Source: Bacteroidales bacterium
GTDB taxonomy: Bacteria; Bacteroidota; Bacteroidia; Bacteroidales; UBA7960
DNA length: 47,834 bases
Assembly: GCA_041690235.1 (NCBI GenBank)
Contig: JAWLHS010000003.1
Coordinates: 1 to 47,834 of the forward strand
Direction: 5' to 3'
Positions 26,723 through 35,367 of the stretch are shown one piece after another. The translations under genes were made by a program, and so were the position numbers. Under the pieces are notes generated by a model. The model was not told where the DNA came from, searched no databases, and was given only the letters and a program-made list of their open reading frames with translations. Within the stretch, counting starts at the first letter, position 1; every line of letters begins with the position of its first letter.

Positions 26723-29017
26723 ATGGAATCTAAGGAGGATATTGCGGCAACAAGCGGGGAAGCGGTTCGGGTGCACATCACCGGACTGGTTCAGGGGGTC
26801 GGGTTCCGGCCGTTTATTTATCGCCTGGCCATAAAGAACAAAATCAGGGGTTGGGTGGAAAACACAACAGATGGCTTGCATATTAAGGCAGTGGGCGAAA
26901 AAGCGAAGATGGATGGTTTCCTCGGGGCCATTCAACATTCTGCCCCGCCGGCCGCTGAGATCAATCACATTTCGATCGTTCCTGTCCGGCCCAACGGTGA
27001 AAAGGAATTTGTGATCGCCCCAAGCCCTCCGGGAGGTGAAGCCTCTACTGAAATTTCTCCTGACATTGCCGTATGCCCTGACTGCCTGGCTGACATGGAA
27101 AACCAGGCCCATAGAAAGGCATATCCCCTCATTAACTGCACAAACTGCGGACCCCGGTTCAGCATCATCAAAGGCCTTCCGTATGACCGCAAAAAAACCA
27201 CCATGGCCCGTTTCCCCATGTGTGAAACCTGTTCGGGAGAATACAGCAACATCAATGACCGAAGGTTCCATGCACAACCGGTAGCCTGTAATCACTGCGG
27301 ACCGGTTTACGCAATATTCGACGGTTCCGGGAATCAAATCCACGAAAAAAATATGGCAAAGGAAGCCGCCAGGCTGCTGGAAGAAGGGAAAATCCTCGCG
27401 ATAAAAGGAGGCGGAGGTTTTCACCTGGTGTGCGATGCAATGAACCCCAGTGCCGTGCAGCGGCTCAGATCAGGCAAGAAGCGCGAGGGGAAACCCTTTG
27501 CCGTTATGTTTTCTTCCCTGGAGGCCGTCCGACGGTTTGCCTTCCTGGGTCCGGAGGAAGAAGAGGCCCTTACCTCCTGGAAACGACCCATTGTCCTTTT
27601 AAAAAGCAAGGAAAAATTGCCCCCGGAAGTGAATTCCGGACTGTCCGGACTGGGTGCCATGTTGCCCTATATGCCCTTCCACCACCTATTGTTTCAGAAC
27701 CTGGCAACCAACGCCCTGGTGATGACGAGCGGTAATGCTGCCGGAGCCCCGATAATTGCCACCAAACGCCTTGCATTCAAAGAACTGAAAGCCACGTTCG
27801 ACTACCTGGTCGATTACAACCGGGCCATCTGGAACCGGACGGATGATTCGGTGATCCAGTGCCTGGATGATCAAATACAGATCATCCGCCGATCAAGGGG
27901 ATATGTTCCCAGGTCCATTCCCCTCTCCATAGACGCCGGAAGCATCCTGGCCACTGGGAGTGAATTAAAGAATTGCTTTTGCCTTGGAAAAGATTTTTCG
28001 GCCATCATGAGCCCGCATATTGGCGACCTGAAAAACATGGAAACCTTTTCCTTTTTCGCCGAATCGGTCGACCGGTTCAGCCGGCTGTTCCAATTTAAGC
28101 CCGCAATCATTGCAACAGACCTCCACCCGGATTATCTTACGGGTTTATATAGCCAGGAGCAAGGGCTCCCGGTCGAACATATTCAGCATCATCATGCCCA
28201 TATCGCATCCTGCATGGCCGAGCACCGGATGAAGGAGACGGTGATCGGCATAGCACTGGACGGAACCGGATATGGAACGGACGGCCATATCTGGGGAGGA
28301 GAGATCATGCGGTGCGATCTGAAAGGGTTTCAGAGACTGGGTCATTTTGAGTACATGCCGGTACCGGGCGGAGACAAAGCCGTGGAACAGCCCTGGAGGA
28401 TGGCATTGGGCTGCCTGTTTAAAGTGTATGATGGCCGGATACCCGAAAGGGCCATGCGGACGCTGCAGGCCGTGGACGACAAACAAAAGGAGATGGTCAT
28501 CAGGGCGCTGGAAGAAAACATCAATATTACGCTTAGCTCCGGCTCGGGAAGGCTTTTCGATGCCGCAGCCTCCCTGGTCGGGTTGGTGCAACATGCGGGG
28601 TTTGAGGCCGAGGGGCCCATGAGACTTGAGGCTTGTGCTGACCGACAAACCAGGGACTTTTACCCAACCAGCATAAATGATGATGGCGTCATCCTGGTAG
28701 GGCCCATAATCACCGGAATCATCGAGGATATTACAAGGGGGGTTCGTCCGGAGGTTATTTCAGCCAGGTTCCACCATTCAGTCATTGCGGCCCTGCAGCA
28801 TGCCATTTCCCGTTTCCTGAACCCGAAAACCCCCGAAAAGGTCATCCTCTCGGGGGGGGTATTTCAAAACCGCCTCCTGTTATCCGGGCTTTCAGAGAAA
28901 CTGCGCAGTAAAGGCATCAAGGTATTAACCAATCAACAGGTCCCGGTCAACGACGGAGGCATAGCCCTGGGGCAGCTGGTCATTGCAGCAGAAAGGAGGA
29001 ATGCATCATGTGCCTGA
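26723..29017 (+). CDS. hypF: Carbamoyltransferase HypF
   Basis: GLVQGVGFRPF acylphosphatase domain, CPDC/CTNCGPR zinc fingers, RRFHAQPVAC, QHHHAH, PVNDGGIALGQ; start moved downstream of the promoter to ATG 26723. Confidence 0.95.
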   Translation: MESKEDIAATSGEAVRVHITGLVQGVGFRPFIYRLAIKNKIRGWVENTTDGLHIKAVGEKAKMDGFLGAIQHSAPPAAEINHISIVPVRPNGEKEFVIAPSPPGGEASTEISPDIAVCPDCLADMENQAHRKAYPLINCTNCGPRFSIIKGLPYDRKKTTMARFPMCETCSGEYSNINDRRFHAQPVACNHCGPVYAIFDGSGNQIHEKNMAKEAARLLEEGKILAIKGGGGFHLVCDAMNPSAVQRLRSGKKREGKPFAVMFSSLEAVRRFAFLGPEEEEALTSWKRPIVLLKSKEKLPPEVNSGLSGLGAMLPYMPFHHLLFQNLATNALVMTSGNAAGAPIIATKRLAFKELKATFDYLVDYNRAIWNRTDDSVIQCLDDQIQIIRRSRGYVPRSIPLSIDAGSILATGSELKNCFCLGKDFSAIMSPHIGDLKNMETFSFFAESVDRFSRLFQFKPAIIATDLHPDYLTGLYSQEQGLPVEHIQHHHAHIASCMAEHRMKETVIGIALDGTGYGTDGHIWGGEIMRCDLKGFQRLGHFEYMPVPGGDKAVEQPWRMALGCLFKVYDGRIPERAMRTLQAVDDKQKEMVIRALEENINITLSSGSGRLFDAAASLVGLVQHAGFEAEGPMRLEACADRQTRDFYPTSINDDGVILVGPIITGIIEDITRGVRPEVISARFHHSVIAALQHAISRFLNPKTPEKVILSGGVFQNRLLLSGLSEKLRSKGIKVLTNQQVPVNDGGIALGQLVIAAERRNASCA

Positions 29018-29241
29018 GTATACCCGCAAAAGTAATAAGCATCCGGGGCGAAGAGGCCCTGGTTTCCGTATTCGGAACGCAGGTATCCGTCTCCCTGGTG
29101 TTGCTCGAAGGCATCGAGCCGGGTGATTTCGTGCTGGTCCATTCGGGATTTGCAATACAAACCATCGATCAGGAAGAGGCGAAAAAGTCCCTGGAAGTGA
29201 TCCGGCATATGCAGGCCGAACAAAAAAACAGTCAGGCATGA
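29008..29241 (+). CDS. hypC: Hydrogenase chaperone HypC
   Basis: MCLSIPAKV, GDFVLVHSGFAI. Confidence 0.95.
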   Translation: MCLSIPAKVISIRGEEALVSVFGTQVSVSLVLLEGIEPGDFVLVHSGFAIQTIDQEEAKKSLEVIRHMQAEQKNSQA

Positions 29242-30323
29242 CCCCACTCCAGGATTATCGTTCAAAAACACTATGTGAGGTTCTGATCAGGGAGATTCAC
29301 AAACTGGCCATCGGGACATTCCGTTTCATGGAGGTTTGTGGGGGGCATACAATGGCCATCCGGAAATACGGGATTCCCTCCCTGCTGCCGGATAACATCA
29401 GCCTGCTTTCGGGCCCCGGCTGCCCGGTTTGTGTCACCAGTTCATTGTTTATTGACCAGGCAATTTTTCTTTCCCGGCTTCCTGGTATGGTCATTTGCAC
29501 TTACGGCGACCTGATGAGGGTAAGGGGTTCGGCTTACAGTCTGGAAGAAGCAAAGGCAACGGGAAGCGACATCAGGGTGGTTTTATCCAGCCTGCATGCA
29601 TTGAACATGGCACAAGGCAACCCGGGCCTTCAATTTGTCTTCCTGGGCATTGGATTTGAAACCACTGCCCCTGCTACAGCTGCCGCAGTATTAATGGCAA
29701 AGCAAAAGAAAATAAAAAACTTCCTGGTGTTGAGCGCTCATAAGCTGATGCCACCGGCCATGAATGCCATCATCACGGCAGGTACGCCCATTGACGGGTA
29801 CATCTGTCCGGGGCATGTCTGCACCATCACCGGCACACTGATGTATAAAGAAATTGTTGAGCAACATGGTGTCGGATGTGTGGTATCAGGTTTTGAGCCC
29901 CTTGATTTGCTTCAAACCGTGCTGATGCTTGTCCGGCAAATGGTTACAGGAAAACCCCAAATCGAGATCCAATACACCCGGGCGGTAAAACCAGGCGGGA
30001 ATCCAAAAGCCATGGCAACGCTTTTTGAGGTTTTTGAACCGGCAGATGACTGGTGGCGAGGCCTTGGCATCATAAAGGAAAGTGGTTTAACCCCCGGATC
30101 TGGTTTCCGGGATTTCGATGCTTCCAGGGTTTTTCGCCTGCCCTCCGCAGAGATTGAGGAACCCCCCGGCTGCATTTGCGGACATATCCTGAAGGGAACC
30201 AGGAATCCATCAGACTGTCCCCATTTTGGCAAAACCTGCACTCCTGAAACACCCGTTGGTGCCTGTATGGTCTCAGCTGAAGGCAGCTGTCAAACACATT
30301 ATCGCTATGGGGAAAAAGACTGA
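29238..30323 (+). CDS. hypD: Hydrogenase maturation protein HypD
   Basis: MEVCGGHT, GPGCPVCVT, GFETT, PGHV, GACMVSAEGSC. Confidence 0.95.
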   Translation: MTPLQDYRSKTLCEVLIREIHKLAIGTFRFMEVCGGHTMAIRKYGIPSLLPDNISLLSGPGCPVCVTSSLFIDQAIFLSRLPGMVICTYGDLMRVRGSAYSLEEAKATGSDIRVVLSSLHALNMAQGNPGLQFVFLGIGFETTAPATAAAVLMAKQKKIKNFLVLSAHKLMPPAMNAIITAGTPIDGYICPGHVCTITGTLMYKEIVEQHGVGCVVSGFEPLDLLQTVLMLVRQMVTGKPQIEIQYTRAVKPGGNPKAMATLFEVFEPADDWWRGLGIIKESGLTPGSGFRDFDASRVFRLPSAEIEEPPGCICGHILKGTRNPSDCPHFGKTCTPETPVGACMVSAEGSCQTHYRYGEKD

Positions 30324-31329
30324 ACAAATTTTACTGGGACACGGGAGTGGTGGCGGCCTGATGCATGACCTGGTCGAAGGCCTTTTTGTGAAGCATTTTT
30401 CCAATCCATACCTGGACCTTCAGTCGGACGCCGCCATCTTTCAGGCCTTACCGGGTAAGACCGCCTTTTCCACGGATTCCTTTGTGGTGAACCCCGTGTT
30501 TTTCCCCGGAGGGAATATTGGCAAGCTGGCCGTATGTGGTACCGTTAATGACCTGGTCGCTGCGGGTTCGACGCCCCGCTTTTTGAGTGCGGGGTTTATC
30601 ATTGAGGAGGGACTCCCGCTGGAAAAACTGGAAACCATCGTTTCCTCCATGTCTGACGAAGCCAACACAGCCGGGGTAATCATTGTTGCCGGTGATACCA
30701 AAGTGGTTGAAAAGGGAAAGTGCGATCATTTGTTCATCAACACTTCCGGCCTGGGTTTTATTCCCCATGAACAGGAATACCAGGGCAGCTGGGAATTGGT
30801 GCAGGCCGGTGATCAGGTGATCATTACCGGATGTATTGCCGAGCACGGCATGGCTGTAATGGCCGCAAGAAACAAGCTGGAAGAAGGCATCGGCTTTTTG
30901 TCGGATTGTGCTTCCCTTCATTGGATCATTCCACTGGTACTGAAAGACCCGGGCGGTGTCAGATTGATGAGGGACCCAACACGGGGGGGGATCGCCACCA
31001 TTCTTTGCGAACTGGCTGAATCCACTGGATTTGGGATCCGGGTGTTTGAAGACCGGATTCCGATCCGGCCCGATGTGGCCGGTTTTTGCGACCTGTTGGG
31101 GTTCGACCCCCTGTATGTGGCCAATGAGGGGAAAATGATCATCATTGCGGCCCCGGAGAAGGCGGCAGGTATTGTTCGGCGCCTGAGAAGCCACCCCCTT
31201 GGAAAAGAGGCGGCCACGATTGGAGAAGTAAGCCGGGATCATCCCGGGCGATTCAGGTTGAAGACCAGAATCGGTGGGACGAGGCTCGTACATATGCTCC
31301 GGGGAGACCAGCTGCCGAGAATTTGTTGA
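30307..31329 (+). CDS. hypE: Carbamoyl dehydratase HypE
   Basis: HGSGG, TDSFVV, GDTKVV, RDPTRGG, ANEGK, C-terminal QLPRIC; start moved to ATG 30307. Confidence 0.95.
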   Translation: MGKKTEQILLGHGSGGGLMHDLVEGLFVKHFSNPYLDLQSDAAIFQALPGKTAFSTDSFVVNPVFFPGGNIGKLAVCGTVNDLVAAGSTPRFLSAGFIIEEGLPLEKLETIVSSMSDEANTAGVIIVAGDTKVVEKGKCDHLFINTSGLGFIPHEQEYQGSWELVQAGDQVIITGCIAEHGMAVMAARNKLEEGIGFLSDCASLHWIIPLVLKDPGGVRLMRDPTRGGIATILCELAESTGFGIRVFEDRIPIRPDVAGFCDLLGFDPLYVANEGKMIIIAAPEKAAGIVRRLRSHPLGKEAATIGEVSRDHPGRFRLKTRIGGTRLVHMLRGDQLPRIC

Positions 31330-31355
31330 ACAACAAAGCACCAAATCATTGTCGG

Positions 31356-31721
31356 ATGCATGAGTTGGGAATCGCCATGCGGATTGTGGAAATTGCGGCC
31401 AAAGTGGCCCGGCAAAATGGGCTCGAAGGGGTCGACGAAATAAATATGGAGATTGGGGAATTGTCGGGTATCGTCCCGGAGACGCTTACATTCTCATTTG
31501 AAGTGGCATCAAAAAACACCATGCTGGAACATGCCAAATTAGGCATTGCCATCATTCACGCCAGGGCCAGCTGCAATGTTTGCGGCATGGAATTTACCCC
31601 GGATGGCTTTCTGACAATATGCCCCGAATGCGGTACATTTGAATGCGAAATCATTCAGGGCAGGGAAATTCACATTAGATCCATTTCCCCAGGTAAGGAC
31701 GGACAGGCCACAGGTTGCTGA
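31356..31721 (+). CDS. hypA: Ni metallochaperone HypA
   Basis: MHELGIA start, CNVC...CPEC. Confidence 0.93.
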   Translation: MHELGIAMRIVEIAAKVARQNGLEGVDEINMEIGELSGIVPETLTFSFEVASKNTMLEHAKLGIAIIHARASCNVCGMEFTPDGFLTICPECGTFECEIIQGREIHIRSISPGKDGQATGC

Positions 31722-31768
31722 CAAGGAGGGAATGACTTTGCAGGCTTAACCATCAAAAACGCTTTATT

Positions 31769-32593
31769 ATGTGTGAAACTTGTGGTTGCAATCATCAGCA
31801 AAGCCCGGTTATTACCGGTGGACCAAAGTACGGCGGAAATTTCAGGCCGGAAGACATCATTTTCACCGGAGGGGACACGGAAAACAATGGGGGCAAAAAG
31901 CGGGAGATCGAGGTCAAAGAAAATGTGCTGGGTAAAAACCAGGACCTGGCCCAATCCAACAGGGCGTTTTTCAATACCCACAAAATATTGGCCATCAATT
32001 TGATGGGTTCACCGGGCTCGGGCAAGACCACCCTGATCATCAAAACCATTGAAGCATTAAAGGGTGAAGCGGAAATTTTTGTTGTGGAAGGGGATCAGTT
32101 TGGATCGCTCGACGCTGATCGCATCAGGGAAACCGGGATCGATGTCTTACAGATCAATACGGGCAATGGATGCCATCTCGACGCTGATTCTGTTGGCCGT
32201 GCCATCAGGGAGCTTCCGTTAAAAGCAAACGCCCTGTTAATCATTGAAAATGTCGGCAACCTGGTTTGCCCTGCATTGTTCGATCTGGGAGAACATGAAA
32301 AAGTCGTTGTTTTCAGTGTAACGGAAGGAGATGACAAGCCCTTAAAATATGCACCCATGTTTCATGAGGCGTCCATCTGCATTATCAACAAAGTGGATTT
32401 AATGACTTATGTGGACTTTGATCAGGAAAAAGCGAGGGCCAACCTACGGCAGATCAACCACCATTTACTCGTGCATACCCTCTCCTCGGGCCAGGGAACG
32501 GGGATGCCTGAATGGATTGAAACCCTGAGGGAAAAGATGAAGTCATTACAGTCCGAGAAACGCAATGCTCACGCCACAAAGAAGGAGGGTTAA
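31769..32593 (+). CDS. hypB: Ni-insertion GTPase HypB
   Basis: MCETCGC, GSPGSGKTT, GCHLDA, ENVGNLVCP, NKVD. Confidence 0.95.
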   Translation: MCETCGCNHQQSPVITGGPKYGGNFRPEDIIFTGGDTENNGGKKREIEVKENVLGKNQDLAQSNRAFFNTHKILAINLMGSPGSGKTTLIIKTIEALKGEAEIFVVEGDQFGSLDADRIRETGIDVLQINTGNGCHLDADSVGRAIRELPLKANALLIIENVGNLVCPALFDLGEHEKVVVFSVTEGDDKPLKYAPMFHEASICIINKVDLMTYVDFDQEKARANLRQINHHLLVHTLSSGQGTGMPEWIETLREKMKSLQSEKRNAHATKKEG

Positions 32594-33310
32594 CCCCGCC
32601 AGGGCATGCATGTATTTCTCTGCCAGCCCCCATCTGAAGGAAGTAACCCCGGCATAGGCAAACGCCACGAGAAGGGTCATGGTCCCCACGGTGAATAACA
32701 GAAACACCCCGGAAACCGCCACGACCCCTGCCAGGCTCAGTTTGGCGGCAGGATACATCAACAGGGGGATCAATGGTTCGCATGGCCCGAAAATGAAAAT
32801 AACAAACAAAATCCAAACACTCATGCCCTTTTTCTGGAGGCCGGCTTTTCCTTGCGTTTTCAGATTCATGCCTTGAGGTGTCCCCTCCATGGGGTGAAGG
32901 TGAAGATGATTCCCTTCATGAATATGGGAATGTGAATGCGAAATGCCCGCGGGATGCGAGTGCGCATGGGTATGGGGTTTGCCCCGGATGGCTTTTTTCA
33001 GGCCCCAAACAAAATAAGCAAGTCCGAAGGCGATAAACAGCCAGGCTGCCAGGCTCCCCCTTGTTGATTCAACCACCTCAAGTTTGTGGACCCCGAACCC
33101 GACCGCAATGCCCGCCAAACCCAGAATAATGGAACCGGCAACATGTCCCATGCCACAAAAAGCCGTTACCAGGCAGGTTTTTCTGACAGACCAATTGCCT
33201 GCTTTCCCCATCATAACAAAGGGAATATAATGGTCGGGACCAAGAATGGTATGGATCAGTCCCAGGGAAGCTGCACTTCCCAGTAAAATAATTATCTCCT
33301 GGTCAGGCAA
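32546..33310 (-). CDS. His-rich membrane protein, NicO/RcnA/UreH-like Ni/Co transporter
   Basis: GLIHTILGPDHYIPF, GHVAGS, HTHAHSH...HSHSHIH loop, GPCEPLIP; TTG start; next to hyp genes. Confidence 0.75.
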   Translation of the reverse strand: MPDQEIIILLGSAASLGLIHTILGPDHYIPFVMMGKAGNWSVRKTCLVTAFCGMGHVAGSIILGLAGIAVGFGVHKLEVVESTRGSLAAWLFIAFGLAYFVWGLKKAIRGKPHTHAHSHPAGISHSHSHIHEGNHLHLHPMEGTPQGMNLKTQGKAGLQKKGMSVWILFVIFIFGPCEPLIPLLMYPAAKLSLAGVVAVSGVFLLFTVGTMTLLVAFAYAGVTSFRWGLAEKYMHALAGLTLLLCGVSIAFLGL

Positions 33311-33373
33311 ATCAGCGTTGAATGAAAGGTGAAATATTCCAGGGCAAGAAAAGGAGAAAATCCGGAATAAAAC

Positions 33374-33387
33374 ATGATTTTAATCAG
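33374..33387. promoter_or_regulatory. Crp/Fnr-type box upstream of the putative Ni transporter
   Basis: ATGATTTTAATCAG (TGA-N6-TCA), similar to the boxes at 25811 and 26637. Confidence 0.55.
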
Positions 33388-33430
33388 CAAATAAAAATGT
33401 TTACTTTTAAACCAAATTCCACCGTGAAGC

Positions 33431-34189
33431 ATGCTTTACAGATACTTTATCTCGTTAAGTTTTGACGGCACAGCCTACCGGGGTTGGCAGGTGCAACCCG
33501 GGGCTCCGACCATCCAGGGAGAAATTGAAAGGGCCATGGGCCTGCTCCTGGGTGAACCCACAAGGCTTACCGGTGCCGGACGGACCGATACGGGGGTGCA
33601 TGCCAGGGCCTTCTTTGCCCATTTCGATACCAACTACCCACCTGAAGAGCTCCCCGCCATGAATCTCGTCTACAAATTAAACCGCATTCTGCCTCCTGAC
33701 ATCGCCATTCAGGCGATCTATCCGGTTCATGAGAATGCCCATGCCAGGTTTGATGCCATGCGCCGCACCTACATATACCAGATCTGTACGAGGAAGGATC
33801 CGTTTTACCATGGAATGGCGTGGCTTATGGAGAGGGAAATAAACCTGGACGCCATGCAGCAGGCCGCCGACCTCTTGCCCGCCTTCAACGATTTCAGCAG
33901 TTTTTCCAAGTCCAACACCCAGGTAAGAACGAACCTGTGCACCATCACGCAAGCCCGATGGGAAAGGCAGGAACACATGATCCGTTTTACAATCACGGCC
34001 GACCGGTTTCTGAGGAATATGGTGCGGGCCATTGTCGGTACCCTGGTGGAAATTGGCCTTGAAAAGATCAGGCCTGGGGATCTGCCCGGCATTATTGAAG
34101 CCCGCGACAGGAAACAGGCGGGCTATTCCGCCCCGGGATGCGGGCTGTTTCTCAGCCGGATAGAATATCCGGCGTCTATTTTTTCTTGA
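33431..34189 (+). CDS. truA: tRNA pseudouridine(38-40) synthase
   Basis: FDGTAYRGWQVQP, GAGRTDTGVHA, HARFDA, ADRFLRNMVRAIVG. Confidence 0.96.
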   Translation: MLYRYFISLSFDGTAYRGWQVQPGAPTIQGEIERAMGLLLGEPTRLTGAGRTDTGVHARAFFAHFDTNYPPEELPAMNLVYKLNRILPPDIAIQAIYPVHENAHARFDAMRRTYIYQICTRKDPFYHGMAWLMEREINLDAMQQAADLLPAFNDFSSFSKSNTQVRTNLCTITQARWERQEHMIRFTITADRFLRNMVRAIVGTLVEIGLEKIRPGDLPGIIEARDRKQAGYSAPGCGLFLSRIEYPASIFS

Positions 34190-35294
34190 TTTTCTCCCGG
34201 ACCTTTTTGACTGCCTTTTTCAAATCCAGGGAGTTCCTCTTGCGCGCCCTGCCAGCATGTCCAAGCAAAAAGCCGTAGGCTTCCATGCCGGGAACCTCGT
34301 CAAAAACAACCTTAAGCATGGCCATGCCCGGAATGAACAGGATCATCCCGGCCAGTCCCCATATAAAATTCCCGACAAACAGGGCGATAATGGTCATCAG
34401 CGGGTTCATCGAAACCTTCCCCCCGACGATTTTTGGGGTAAAGAAGTTGCTCTCGGCCAGTTGTATGAAGTAAAAGCAGAGGAAAATCCCAAAAGGGTAC
34501 CAAAGGGAATCCCTGGAAAGCAAGGCATACAAAATGGGCAAGGTTGACCCGATAAACGGGCCAAGAAACGGGATCACGTTCAGCATGGCAGCAAAAACGG
34601 CAAACAACAGGGCATGTTTCAAGCCAAAGCTCAGCAGGGCAATGCTGTTTAGAACGGCCAGGATCAGAATAACGAGCAACATCCCGGTAATGTAATTCTG
34701 GACCACCCCCTTGACCTTGTAAATAACGTTTTTCACCCTGGGCTGTTGCGCATCCGGAAAGGCCCTCATGAGGAATTCGATCAAAAACCCACGGTAGTAA
34801 AGAAAAAGAAAAATATACACGGGAATGATGAACATGATGGTTACCGTGGTGGCCGTGGCAATGATGCCTTGTCCCAGGGATGCCATATTTTCGGACAGGT
34901 ATTTGAAGGCCGTATTCTGAATGCTGTCCATCGAGAGTGGCACCGCCCCTTCGATATGCCGGTCCATGAATGCATTGACTTCGGCAATCAGCTCAGACAT
35001 TCGCTCATTCAGCAAGCCCAGGTCACCCGAAAACCCAAGCAATTGGTTGTAGAAAAATATGGCCAGACCACTGAGCACGCCCAATAGGGCAATCAGGCTC
35101 AACAGGGTCGCCGGGATCCTGGGGATTTTGTGCTTTTCAAGAAGGGAGGCCAGGGGACTGATCAGGACGGCCAGCATGCCGGAAATCAGGAGTGGGACAA
35201 GGATGCTTTTGGCTGTGATCATCACGAACACAACCAGCACGATCCCAAAAAGGACCAACACCAGCCGGGCATAAACGGGCAACTTTCTTTCCAT
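34176..35294 (-). CDS. AI-2E (UPF0118) family transporter
   Basis: Polytopic; LNVIPFLGP, IQLAESNFFTPKIVG, IWGLAGMILFIP. Confidence 0.9.
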   Translation of the reverse strand: MERKLPVYARLVLVLFGIVLVVFVMITAKSILVPLLISGMLAVLISPLASLLEKHKIPRIPATLLSLIALLGVLSGLAIFFYNQLLGFSGDLGLLNERMSELIAEVNAFMDRHIEGAVPLSMDSIQNTAFKYLSENMASLGQGIIATATTVTIMFIIPVYIFLFLYYRGFLIEFLMRAFPDAQQPRVKNVIYKVKGVVQNYITGMLLVILILAVLNSIALLSFGLKHALLFAVFAAMLNVIPFLGPFIGSTLPILYALLSRDSLWYPFGIFLCFYFIQLAESNFFTPKIVGGKVSMNPLMTIIALFVGNFIWGLAGMILFIPGMAMLKVVFDEVPGMEAYGFLLGHAGRARKRNSLDLKKAVKKVREKIKKK

Positions 35295-35367
35295 ATTCGA
35301 GCGGGCATGTAAACCCTTGCTAAATTACACAAATATGGCCTAAGTATCAATCATTGAGGGATTTTTT

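Noticed and set aside
31723-31749. AAGGAGG followed by mini-ORF MTLQA* upstream of hypB
   Set aside because: Five codons, no metal-sensing residues and no other support; likely chance.
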